This document shows positions 14,028 through 25,459 of a stretch of 64,000 bases of DNA, one piece after another. The translations under genes were made by a program, and so were the position numbers. Numbering within the stretch: the stretch's first letter is position 1; each line of letters opens with the position of its first letter. This DNA comes from Zygnema circumcarinatum SAG 698-1b (taxonomy: Eukaryota > Plantae > Zygnematophyceae): NCBI GenBank assembly GCA_037447605.1, contig CM074811.1:2852001-2916000 (forward strand), given 5' to 3'. A model generated the notes under the pieces. It did no database searches. It was not told the DNA's origin and worked only from the letters and a program-made list of their open reading frames with translations.

Positions 14028-14493
14028 CTGCAGCCGTTTTAAGCCCTTTTTTCTTCGCATTATTTTTTTGCCCTCCTTTGAGGTCTCACTTAAGAAGCAT
14101 TCGTTGCTTTAGGGTTGCATAGCAGGAGGGTCTTTTGCCATTTTTCTCGTATTTCCCCTTCACCCTTTTTCAATGCCAGAAGTTGTGGCTCCGACCAGGC
14201 TGAGCAATTTTCCATGTACTCTGTTTTACAAATAAATGAGAAGTTGCATTTTCTTGCAATTCAGCTCGGTCTATCCTAGTGGATGGGTTGAATCACGATT
14301 TCCAATTTACTTACACATCCAAAAGAGAAAAAGAGTGAGAAGAACGAGTAGAAGGAAGACGGAGAGGAGGGGGAGTAGGGAAAAGTAGACAAAACTATTT
14401 ACAAAGTAATACCCATATTCTGTGTCTCCTCCCGCCTCACCCCGCCCTACCCCAAGGCCATTCAACGAGCCAGTGAAAAGCCTTAAGCTCTCC

Positions 14494-17400
14494 CTATCTC
14501 CTGCTACTTCTATGCCTCTCCTGACTGACGTAATCTCTCCTTGGCTGCCTCTCCTCCCTCTCTCTGCTCCACCTCTCAGTACTCTCCTCCCTCACCCTCC
14601 TCCGATGCCTCAAGGGCTCGCTCCTCTCCTCCTCTCTCGCACGCTCCCTCCTCTCCTCCTCCAGTTCACGCTCTATGCCCTCCTCCATGGAGGGGGGCAG
14701 CGGAGGGCACTGCAATAGACAGAGCAGGTTTATAGTGTTAACGCCTTGCTTGAACATTCACAGATGACGGCGTGGTGTAGACGGTCTGTAAAGCGGGGGA
14801 AAGAGGGAGAGGGCGACAGGGAGGAAGGAAAAACGACCATAGGGAGAACCGGCAGGAGTAGAGGGAGGGGGAGAGGCAGGGAGGGAGAGAGGGCGATGGA
14901 GGGGGGGTAACTTTTACCGATTTGTGGGGAATGTAATCACTCTCAGCGGGCACTGGGATTCCAAGGCGGCGAAGATCCATTATTGGAAACTCCTTTCTAC
15001 AGCCAACAAAAAGGGCCAGTGAGGGTTCCGAAGGGTCAATGGAGGCATAGTTTGAAGAAAAGGGTTACTCATTTGCCGAGATGAGAGTCCCCGAAGACTC
15101 AAATGCAGACAACAGTTTTAAAAAAATGGAGAGAAAAAAATGAGAGGGGAGGGGTGGGGAGGGGGAGGCTTACAGTGGTGCTCGGAAGGGGCGGGCTCGA
15201 CCTCCAAAGCGGAGTTGGCCAGACGTCTTGCTGCCTCCTAATCCTCCGCCTGCAGGAAAAAACATTTCAAACTTACCAGAGCGAAAGATGTCACGCACAC
15301 AAAAGTTGTTTGTCCGTTGGGGGGGGGGGAAGGAACGGAGTGGGAGGTGGATGGGAAGGGGGATAGGGGCGGGGAGGAGGGTATGGGGGAGGGAAAGTGG
15401 GGGAGAGAGGGAGAGGGAGAGGGGCAAAACGAAAGGAGGGTTGACTTCTAAACTTTTGCAAAGGAGACATTCCCCCCACCTCCCCTCCCCCTTCCTCCCA
15501 CTCTACCCAACCACACCCCCTCTCCACCCACTACCCCCAGATCAAACCTCATTTGGTTTTGTCCGTAGTACGCCCTTGCGCAGGATTGGTTTTCTTAGTT
15601 CCTAATAGTATGCAAAATTCACGTAGAAACTACGTCAAGACTCCTATTACTAATCTGTAAACACTAACGCGTTCTATGTAGCCTAAGAGCGCGTAGTGTT
15701 TGCATCTGCTGACGTCAGCAAACCGACCCATGCATGGCCATGGTTCGTGACGTGACATGGGCCCTCACCAAACCTCCGCGGAATCCAGGAAGGCATGAGC
15801 CGCTGCCTGTTCCACTCCGCGAGGATTGTCGCGTTGTGAAGGATCAGCTTGTGGGCCTCCTGCGAACACTCTCACACTCTCAGACTCTCTCTCTCTCTCT
15901 CGCTCTCTCATTCTCTCTCTCTCTCACTCTCACTCTCTCTCTCTCTCTTTTTTATTTTTGAAGTTTTCAAGTTCAGGTATTCAGATTCGAACAAAGTACT
16001 GTACTGCCATCTGTTTGCATTGGCAGAGATGTACTGTTTCAATCATGAGCATGAAAGCGTCTGAATGTAGACTCAAACATTTACCCTTACATTCATCCAT
16101 GCATTGATTCCATGTACTAAAACACATGTATGGTTCGCATCCATTTCATATGTTCATGTTCTGGTTCATCGCTCTCGCACACGTCACCTCTCCCTCTCCC
16201 TCTCTCTCACACACACACGCACAGGAAGGTGAGGGCTCTCCTTGCATATAGAAAAACGGAATGTAGGAGTACGATCTTACCCTGTAGGCGCGCCACATAT
16301 CTCGATATCTTTCGAACTCCACAAAAGCGTACCTCCTAGAAGCGCCCGTCACTGCCACCCCTCTTTTTCCCGACCACTTCCTTCAGATGCTGCCATATGC
16401 AACTCCACCGGCTGAAGTATTCAAAGTAAAAGGACATCCTCCCGAGAGATGGTTGGTTCTAATATAACAAATCAGAACAGGGGTTTACTATTTATTCTTT
16501 CCGTTCATTAGAGATGTTGAATTAGGGTTCGCAATTGAACCTCACCAATGTCTCGAACCAATCGAATGCTCCGCACTCGTCCAAACCTTTCCATGACCTG
16601 TCCGCTTACATTCAAGACCCCCAGTGTTTGTTATCTAAACTGAGAGGGGAAGGGAAGTAGAGCGGGAGAGGGAGAGGGAGAGGGAGAGTGGAGAGGGAGA
16701 GGGAGAGGGAGAGGGAGAGAGGGAGAGGGAGAAGGAGAGGGAGAGGGAGAGGGAGAGGGAGAGGGAGAGGGAGAGGGAGAGGGAGGAGGGAGAGGGAGAA
16801 GGAGAGGAGAGGGAGGAGGGAGAGGGAGAGGGAGAGGGAGAGTGGAGAGGGAGAGGGAGAGGGAGAGGAGAGGAGAGGAGAGGAGAGGAGAGGAGAGGGA
16901 GAGGGAGAGGGAGAGGGATAGGGAGAGGGAGAGGGAGAGGGAGAGGGAGGGAGAGGGAGAGGGAGAGGGAGAGGGAGAGGGAGAGGGAGGGAGAGGGAGA
17001 GGGAGAGGGAGAGGGAGAGGGAGAGGGAGAGGGAGAGGGAGAGGGAGAGGGAGAGGGAGAGGAGAGGGAGAGTGGAGAGGGAGAGGGAGAGGGAGAGGGA
17101 GAGGGAGAGGGAGAGAGGGAGAGGCAGAGGGAGAGAGAGGCAGAGGCAGAGGGAGAGGGAGAGAGGGAGACAGAGGGAGAGGGAGGGAGGGAGAGACATC
17201 CTCCGTCGCCCCTGACCTCCTTCAGTTCATCTTCTGTGGTCAGCGGCGACAGCTTGCACACGAACAAAGTCAAGTTCGGGTCGCCGATCATTTTACGGTC
17301 GGCGGTTGGATTATCTGCGGCGCAGAAACACGAGCAGTTCCTTAAACTCCAGGTCCATGCTTACTTGTTTTAGTTCAATTTTTATATTCGCGGGTCTGAA

Positions 17401-17672
17401 CTGATTCAAATTTCTCACATGTTACATACATATTTCGTACATTACATACATGCATGCATATATACATTCTTTTTCTTTTGAAATATTGGAAGGGTGCGCG
17501 AGTTACAGAGCGAGGAGGCGGAGGCGAGCAGCGCGCGCTTGACGGCGCGGTCGTGCGGGACCACGTCCGTGCCGTCGATGCTGCCCGCCTGCACTGGGTG
17601 GTATGCGCGCGAATAGAATACGTGGCTGGCGGGGGGGCCGCCACCTGGCGCCCCGTGGGGAGGAGCCGCCAT
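14494..17672 (-). CDS. SNRNP35: U11/U12 small nuclear ribonucleoprotein 35 kDa protein (RRM; minor spliceosome)
   Basis: Exons: 17507-17672, 17217-17314, 16546-16597, 16281-16351, 15769-15859, 15174-15249, about 14912-14996, and probably 14494-14709. They give [53 protein letters not shown] (RNP1) and [41 protein letters not shown], matching plant U11/U12-35K as I recall it. The last exon (R/E-rich tail) is less certain. Confidence 0.93.
16642..17196. repeat. (GAGAGG)n-type polypurine tract in SNRNP35 intron 2 (pyrimidine-rich on the sense strand)
   Basis: About 550 bp of near-continuous gagagg/gaggag units, directly visible. Confidence 0.95.
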
Positions 17673-17884
17673 GGCTGGCAGCTGGAGCGCTCTGGAGCTC
17701 AGCCCGGCATGGAAGGGGGGCCGGGAAGGAGAGGGAAGCATAGAACGGTTGCAGGTGACGGCGGGGCTGTGGAACTGAGTAAACGCAACGGGGGACAGGG
17801 AACGGGGCCCGGTAAGGGAACACGATCTTAGGAATTCAGAATTTACGGTAGTAGAACAAGCGCCCACTCAAAAGTCATAACCCA

Positions 17885-18112
17885 AACAACAGATGTTTCA
17901 ATGTTTCGTGTTCAACAACAACATATTGCATACTCAACAACAGTATGGTTTCATATTTGAATACAACACCAACATGTTTCATGATCAACGGCAGTAGGTT
18001 GCGTCTTCAAAGAAAACATATTGCATGATCAACAACAATAGTTTCATGATAAACAACAATATGATTCATTTTCAACCATAACATATGGTTCATGTTCAAC
18101 AACAACAACACC
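17885..18112. repeat. Degenerate minisatellite (unit ~20-25 bp, approx. TCAACAACAATATGGTTTCATGA)
   Basis: Repeated caacaac...tttcatg / catattgcat units between the SNRNP35 and GRDP start codons. Confidence 0.6.
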
Positions 18113-18239
18113 ATGGGCCCGCCCTGAGGTCCTCGCAGTTCTAGGGGTGCCGTGTACCAAACTCAAGGCTGGACGTGACATCTGTCACGTTCTGTTGATC
18201 CGCGCGAAGCCGCGGCTCCATGAAGCCTCCGTGGAACGC

Positions 18240-18492
18240 GCCACGTCGGATGGAGTGGCGCCACCTCACCATCGCGCCGTCATGTTCCCGCTACTGTAAC
18301 TGCGACCTCGACCGGCGGTGACGGATGGTTGGCGACTGCGCCAACGTGGCCGAAGTCGGATATTTTATAGCCACGTGACAGAAACCGATTGTTTTTACCA
18401 CGTGGTAGAAAGCGATTGGACACTGAAAGTATTCAAGTCAACGTTTTGTGGCACTTTCTGTTTTTTTAGAGGGACCACGTGTACGCCACGTC
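18240..18492. promoter_or_regulatory. Cluster of G-box/ABRE-like motifs upstream of GRDP
   Basis: GCCACGTC at 18240 and 18485, CACGTG at 18372, 18399 (within palindrome TACCACGTGGTA 18396-18407) and 18476. Confidence 0.4.
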
Positions 18493-19029
18493 AGACACTA
18501 GATGCTGACTGGACTGCTCCATTCGCGCGTCGCCTGTCCGTACAGTTCGTGGATCTTATATGTTCGATGCCTCGGATTGGACAGCTTCTCGCACATGACT
18601 GGAGCCGCTAAGTTCAGAATACGTACTCCTTTGAAAATAATCAAAATGTTCACAGAGCACTTTTGGTAAAACATCTGAGGAACGTAAAGTCACAGAGTAC
18701 TCGTTTTGGTTTTTGAAAGCGTCCGCTGTCAATTCAGTTGACGATTTTCAACCAGAGCCCATTGTACAAAGTGTACGAATCGGAACGCCCTCCCCGGGCT
18801 CCCCTATCCCCGCTCTCCCTCCCTCCGACTCCCGCCCATCTCCACTCTCTCCCTCGCTGCTTGCCACCTCTCCCTGTCTCACTCTCCTCTCTGTCCCTCC
18901 GTATCGCCTTCCCTCTCCCTCTCTCTCCCTCCATCTCTCCCTCACTTTCCCATCTCCCTCTCCTCTTTTTCCCTCCCTTCTCTCCCTCTGTCCCTCCATC
19001 TCTCCCTCCGTTCCTCCGCCCTCCCCGCC

Positions 19030-20913
19030 ATGGCCACGGCCTCCTCGCAGGCGGAGTGGGCCGCCGCCCAGGCCCGCCCCGTGAGCGTCGACCTCCTCTC
19101 CGCCGTGATCCCGCACGTGCGCCTGCTGGCAGCGGTGGACACGTGGCCGTGCCTCTATGGCGGACCCGCGCTCGCCAACGCCATCCGCAGGTCCTCCCCC
19201 GCCGCGGCATTGAACGCCATGGCATTTCCTGGACTTGCATGGCATTGCACGGGATGGCATTGCATTGACTTTCCCCCATGAAGATGAGCTCGTACGTGTG
19301 CATGGGCGGGTGCAGGTACGAGCAGCTCTGGCTGCCCATGGCGGCGGCGGCGGCGGCGCGGGGCGAGGGCGAGGCGGGGCCGGTCCTTGTGGCGCCGCTC
19401 GACGTCGAGTGGGTGTGGCACTGCCACCGCCTCGCGCCGGTCGGAGCCCGCGCCCTGAACCACCTCCCAACGCCGCCCGCTCTCAAGGAAGGGCGGGCGG
19501 CCGGCGTGGCCTCGTGGGGAAAAGCTTGGGAGCAGCGCTAGGAGGAGGAGAGGGAGAGGGAGAAGGAGAGGGAGAGGGAGAGGGAGGGAGAGGGAGAGGG
19601 AGAGGGAGAGGGAGAGGGAGAGGGAGCGGGAGAGGGAGAGGGAGAGGAGAGGGAGAGGGAGAGGGAGAGGGAGAGGGAGAGGGAGAGGGAGAGGGAGAGG
19701 GAGAGGGAGAGGGAGAGGGAGAGGGAGAGGGTCATTCATTAGAGGGCCATTCAGGGCGTCACTTAGAGACTTGAACAATCCTCATTGCCTCAAGTTATCA
19801 CAGTTGTTATTGGGCAGGTGGCTTATAAATGGGATTGCGAACGACTCTTCGGCCGTTTGATCGACTGCGCTTTTGTACCTTTGGAGGAAGAATCTAAACG
19901 GCTGAAGGAGACGAGCGAACTGTGGAATAAGCTTTATCCGGAGGAGCCCTTCGAAGTCAGTCTGCCCCGAGTCGGTCCCTGTGCCTACACGTACCCGCAA
20001 GTGTCCGTCCATCACGATCTGGCAGCAGCGGCGGCTCGCCAAGCTGGATTCTATTATCAGGTCAATCCTTCCGTTCTTCTCCCTAACCACTTCCTCACAA
20101 GGAAACAGTGTTGAAGCCGTGTCAGGGGTTTCTTTATGTGAAGTTGTACTGGTGTTCAATATGGAACGGGCTTCCCTGCAGGTCTCTGAACCGCACATGC
20201 GGAATGAGAAATTTCTTCGGCGCGCAGTGGAGCGTTACAAGGCCTTTCTGCATGTCATGGGCCGCTCAGACGGCGCCTTTTTCTCCGTTCCGACTTACGA
20301 CATCGACCTCATGTGGCACACCCACCAGGTTCACGAACATTGCTCAAACATTCCACTCCATAGAAGCACCTCAGCCGCAGTCTTTCACGAGATGGTCAAC
20401 ACAGTCAACGCATATTCAACGCATAATAGGTTTCTTAATATGTGTTCTTCTCCTTGTTTCGCTCACTCTGTCTGAAAGTGTGATGGTTCAGCGCTACCCT
20501 TCCGCATATGCTGCTGACTGCATCGCCATTTTTGGAGCCATTAAGAACCATGACGACACGGACAGTGACCGGTCTCCGGGAAAGAAACTTCAGACCGGCT
20601 TTCAGCAGACAGAGGCTTTCTGGTCTACGCTTTATGACAGAAGTTATCTCCTTGCGGGCACCAGCTACCGCGGGAAGGGACCATCCTGCATTGAACCGTT
20701 ATTGGAGGGAATATCGAATGGATTTGAGGGGTCAGGAGATGCTTCATTGTACGGATTTCTAGATCCCAATGCGCTACTTGACCTAAACCGCAGGTTAACG
20801 TTGCAGGTACGTATGCTGCTTTACAGGGTTTCAGTATATGTATGCCAAGGAAGGAGCATGATGCATTTTCCCCCTTTTGTCAGACTGATAGTGATGTACT
20901 TGGGAAGCAGGAG

Positions 20914-20964
<51 letters not shown>

Positions 20965-23584
20965 CGATGATGATGATGATGATGTCAATGGTGTGCATGC
21001 ATGCAGGCAGTTGTGACGGTCGTTGAAGCGAGAAATCTGAAGCCTTCCCATGGAAACCTGAAGATCAAGGTGACTTCTCTCTATAAGTGCAGCCATCTGA
21101 AGCTGAAGACGAAGGGGGTCGCTCCCTCGCTCACTCCAAAGTGGGGCCAAAGTTGGAGCCTTTCCTGCGAGTCGGGCACAAAGGGCCTTCGTTTCACGCT
21201 GTCGAAGAAATGCAGCAACTTCGGGGCGATGTTTGACATGTCCAAGGAAGTGGCGGTGGCGACATTGCAATGGACAGACATCGAGCAAAGTGCCGCACTG
21301 TACATCGACGAGTTCCTCCCTTTGCATCCTTCTGAGGTATAGAAAGTTCACTTTTCTTGCACTCAAAATTTGCTCGATGATACATTTTCAAAGGACTCGG
21401 TTATTTCCAACTTTCTCAGCTTCCCCCGCTCCCTCTGCCTCTTTTGGTGTGATGATGATTCAGCCATGTAAAAAGTTAACCGGTGACCCCTCACAGTGGC
21501 CTGCTCTTCGAGTAGCGGCTTCTATCACACCGCCTGTTCCGGCTCCCTATCTCTTCAAATGTGCCCGCCGGAAAAATGCTACCGACGATGTCGGGGACCG
21601 GATTAATCGCACAGATCAAGTCGGTCGGTGGGCAACGATTGTGCCGTTTGATCACACCGATAAACCGAAACTTTTCATTCGCGTGAAGTGAGTCTGAACG
21701 AATCCCGTAGTCAGTTAGTTGGTCAAGTTAGTCGCATTTCAACCACTGGAAAAAGATGGACAATGCTTATAAGGTCCATATCTTCTAACTATTTCATTCG
21801 TGCGTTTTCGCCACATGGTGCTTTTGTGGTTGTAGGGTGGCAGAGGGGAAGCTGGCTGACCCCAAATTTGAAAGGACGATGATCATATACAATTATCCGC
21901 TCGAGCCCACGACGCTTATCTCTACAGGTCTCTATGAAGCTCAATCATTCAAGTGTTGCGAACCACTTGTAACGTTTGCTAGTGGCAGAGTGTAGCGTTG
22001 TAGACGTTGTACATGAGTTGGCGAGTTTAGGAACTTCCCCAATTTCAAGGTTTGGGTGTCTTTTTAGGCCTGTTCCGTCGGTTGCTGAGCTCTCCTTGTA
22101 TTCACACTTGTATTCACACTTCTGCATGCAGCCATGAAGGAGGCACGAATCTGCGCCACTGCTCGGCAAGATCCGCCATTGAACGACATGAGCAGAACTT
22201 GGAGATCGGAAGATGCCAAGTGGGCGCTCACTGTCTACGCCAAAGAGAAGAAGCGTGGGAATGCTCTCAGCATCGACCGACTCGTCTTGCAGGAGGTCAC
22301 CTCTGTGAGTGGGCTCGCAGTGCTCTCATTCAGAAGCAGCGGTCGATATGACATCCAATGCATGTAACTCTCTCTCAGTTTAGAGAGGTGGAGCTAAGGA
22401 TTTGGGGTCGCGGATGGTCCTTTTGGGCAACAGATTCAGCTTGTGCCCGGACGGAAACTGCAATATGAAGTTCCTAATGCGAGTGAGGAGATGGAGAGCG
22501 GATTTGTAACGCTCATTCGCTATACTCAAGCATATCCGTTTGGGACGGCGACGGCACTTTTCAACTGGAAGACTGTGGCCCTTGAGGTGCTGTCATACAC
22601 TTTTAGTTCGGAGAATTTGAACGTGTAGAACTGTTTCTGTTTTCGGATCTTTATAGCAAAAAAGCGGATGCATTTCTCTTAGTGAAGTAACAAGAGGGCT
22701 TTGCCAGGCCTCGTTTCCATGAGTGCTTTGCAGCATTTTAGGGTTCTTATGGAGCCGGGTTCTGCAGGTGTGCCCGGAGGAGAGCATTGTGCTCGCATTG
22801 AGCCTCTGCACTGCAGTGGCGCAATCAATGGCAGCCATGTACTCTGCGAGACACCACAAAATTAGCTCTACTCGAGAGCCAACAGGGTTTCGCAATAATC
22901 GGAACAATGAATGCGGTATGTGCTGACAACCACCGTTTGGAATTGTCTTGGAACTGCACTCGCGATCAATGGACTTTAATTGCGCAACATGCATTCTGCC
23001 ATTAATCATGTTTAAAGCATGTCTCTATGTTGATTTAGGCAAGCAATCCCTACCCAGTTAGGCACCAAGTTCCTTTTACTGCCACCTTGCACCAACCTCG
23101 ACTTACACTCCCTCCCACCCTTCTCTTCTCTCCTCTGTTGTGCCCAGAGTCTGTAACAAGCGTTGTTCATAGTCCGCTAGTAGCACCAGCGAGGCGTCCC
23201 GATTCGTTTACTCTCTGGTGGGAGTCCGACGTGCTGATGTGGAACTACGCCGTTATGACAACTGTCGCCACGTGGGACCTCTCTAAAGGAAACACAAGCG
23301 GCGGATGCGGCGGCGCTTGTGGAGGCACATGTGGAGGCGCCGATGGCGGTGCGTGTGGTGGCGGCTGCGGGGGAGGATGTGGGGGAGGATGTGGGGGAGG
23401 AGGATNNNNNNNNNNGGGGGATTCTAAGACTTCGTTCGATAAAGACGTAAGGTACAGGAGGAGCTTATTGTTTGACAAATCTGACCGAGACATAGTAAAG
23501 GTGTGTAGTCAAGCTCTGAAAGTCAAAGTCGTGTTGGCACATAGTACAAAGGTTGTGTACATTATTTGTGTACTCTATTTATAA
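19030..23584 (+). CDS. GRDP: Glycine-rich domain-containing protein (GRDP1/2-like, DUF1399 family); 3' end interrupted by an N gap
   Basis: Exons include 19030-19190, 19316-~19439, 19819-20060, 20181-20327, 20491-20806, 21007-21336 and further exons to ~23405. Motifs: LLAAVDTWPCLY, AIRRYEQLWLP, PLDVEWVWHCHRLAP, AAARQAGFYYQVSEP, AVERYKAFLH, VPTYDIDLMWHTHQ, HDDTDSDRSPGKKL, YGTATALFNWK-like FGTATALFNWK, and a C-terminal GGCGGACGG...CGGGCGG tail. The true stop is uncertain because of the gap at 23406-23415. Confidence 0.9.
19541..19731. repeat. (GAGAGG)n tract in GRDP intron 2 (purine-rich on the sense strand)
   Basis: Directly visible hexamer array. Confidence 0.95.
20915..20983. repeat. (GAT)n trinucleotide microsatellite in a GRDP intron
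   Basis: About 23 GAT units with one GAC interruption, inside intron 20807-21006. Confidence 0.95.
23406..23415. other. Assembly gap (10 N)
   Basis: Run of N in the GGC/GGA-repeat region coding the GRDP Gly/Cys tail. Confidence 1.
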
Positions 23585-23754
23585 GGCTTATCATTTTGTT
23601 TGTATGTGCCGGTTTCTTTTTTGTTTGTTAGTTTATAACGGACTCCTTTCTTAGGTGCAAATCAAAACTTGATCTTGTTGGGAGTCAACGATGTCTTGAT
23701 GATGACTCTCCATGAAGCAATGCGAGGGAACGCAAGCTTATGCTATGAAGAGGA

Positions 23755-23906
23755 TGTTGTACAGTAATACATGGATTTGTATGGCTTAATACTTACATCC
23801 ACGGTTGCCTTTTAAGGCTTAAAGCACATGGTTGGGCCGTGTGGGTACTAGAAGGTCTTGAGATCAACCCTATTGGAGGCGTGTTTGCTACATTGGTATT
23901 AGAGCC
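23755..23906 (+). mobile_element. Possible LTR 3' end plus tRNA-iMet primer-binding site (LTR retroelement/TRIM remnant)
   Basis: ...GCTACA t TGGTATTAGAGCC at 23887-23906 is one mismatch from the canonical PBS TGGTATCAGAGCC and follows a CA dinucleotide. I found no second LTR and no gag/pol. Confidence 0.3.
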
Positions 23907-24253
23907 TAAAGACTGGTATTTGCGATCCACTATAAGAACGCCGTGATCTATAAGCATGGTACAGAAGATTGGTTGAATTGCAGCAACCTCCCAATGATGG
24001 GAAGGTGTCAACCAAAGGTTAACGTGGTAAACGAACTTGAACGCATAGTAAAAACCCTCTGGGAGTAGTATCCACCTCAAATATCAATGTTGACGCTGTC
24101 AAATCTGTAAAGAACTGAACTTTATTAAGGTAGTGAAGGCAAAAGAAGAGATTTCTCTCTAGATTTGTATTCGACTGCCCGCTTGTCAACAAACAAGGGA
24201 GTGCTTATCGTTTTGATATTGTTCACATTTCACAAAAAGGACAAAAGTTTTGT

Positions 24254-24315
24254 GGGTGCGACACCGAGACTTCCCAGGAGGTCACCCGTCCTAATACTAT
24301 TCCGGTCTACAAGCA
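24254..24315 (-). pseudogene. 5S rRNA 3'-half fragment (pseudogene)
   Basis: The minus strand reads TGCTTGtagaccggaaTAGTAtTAGGAcGGGTGACCTCCTGGGAAGTCtcgGTGTcGCAcCC, matching the 3' ~62 nt of plant 5S rRNA (internal element/C-box region). It is followed by T4/T5 runs. The 5' half is absent and replaced by (CCCA)n. Confidence 0.8.
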
Positions 24316-24730
24316 ATAGGTAGGGTGGGTGGGTGGGTGGGTGGGTACCAATTGTATTTATACGCCCCCACCCGGCCCCACTCATGCCCAATGCGCTGTG
24401 TGCATACCGACAAAGTGACAACCGTTCTGATTAACGGCACAGGCCTGATCTGTAGGGCACATCGCAAGGTCAGCCCGCCGCCGGCGGCTGCCGGCTGGCA
24501 CTCGAACCGGCCGGCAGTCCCGAGCCCTCCCCACCGTGGCCGGTCGCCGGCGGCCGACCGGCAGTCGGCCACAGCCTTCGCCGGCGAGGACCTGTTTTGG
24601 CGTCTTCTGGTGTACACTATACCCCTTTACTTTTGCCACGCTGTAATCGAACCCTAAAATGGAATCTGCCGGTTTGTCGCCGCCTGTGCCGAATGTCGGC
24701 GTTCTGTTTTTCCCACCTGGAAGTCAATAA

Positions 24731-24757
24731 TGACCGTACAATACAAATGTACGGTCA
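24731..24757. repeat. Perfect 10-bp-arm inverted repeat TGACCGTACA...TGTACGGTCA upstream of the GT61 gene
   Basis: Directly visible, with a 7-nt loop. Confidence 0.85.
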
Positions 24758-25459
24758 GTTGGCCCTAAACGGTCCGTCGCCCACCGATCCTGGACGCTGG
24801 GCGGCTCCGTTCATTCCTTGACTTACGTGTCAGTCACCTATTGGTTAGGCTCCAGAAAAAGTACATGGTCATACGGACGCACTGTACGAACGACCTCTTC
24901 CGGAGACCCCGACTGGCCAACGGTCGGGGTCGGCCACCGACCGTCACTCCCTGTCACGTCACATCGTGTCACGTCGCGTCACGTCGTTTTTTTTTTCCTG
25001 GAAGGGGCTTTTCTGGTTTACAGGGCGAGGGAGGTCCGCAGAGATGGCTGGTGGGGAGGGAGGGAGGGAGAGGGAGAGGGAGAGGGAGAGGGAGAGGGAG
25101 GGAGAGGGAGTAGCGTAGGGGGAGGGAGGGTGGGAGGGGGGGGGAGAGAGGGAGATAGGGAGTGGAAGGGGGGAGAAGGGCAGAAGGAGAGAAGGGGAGA
25201 AGGGGAGAAGGGGAGAGGGAGTGGGGAGGGGGAGGGGGAGGGGGAGGGGGGGAGAGAGGGAGAGGGCATGAAAAGGAGGCCTTTCGGTTGCAGTATTAGG
25301 GTTAGGAGGAGAGATGAGTTAGGGTTCCGGAGAGGTATGCAGGTTTTTATTATTGATGATTGGACGGGAGAGAGTGGTGGGGAGGGAAGAGTCGACTGAA
25401 CCGTTGGTTTGATCACATTGTACATATCAGCTTTATTCGCTCCAGGTGTTCCTTTAAGT

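Noticed and set aside
16612-17345. ORFs of 167-218 aa (poly-LP/SP/GE/GR)
   Set aside because: They are translations of the intronic (GAGAGG)n repeat. Only the [13 protein letters not shown]...ELKE part is exonic.
17885-18112. CRISPR-like array
   Set aside because: The units are degenerate and tandem without unique spacers, the context is eukaryotic, and there are no cas genes.
20108-21016. 302-aa ORF with a poly-Asp tract
   Set aside because: It is read-through of a GRDP exon into an intron containing (GAT)n. The next exon (21007) is in another frame.
23755-24315. Intact Cassandra (5S-carrying TRIM) element
   Set aside because: The PBS-like site and the 5S fragment are on opposite strands, the 5S piece is not inside a repeated LTR, and no second LTR was found.
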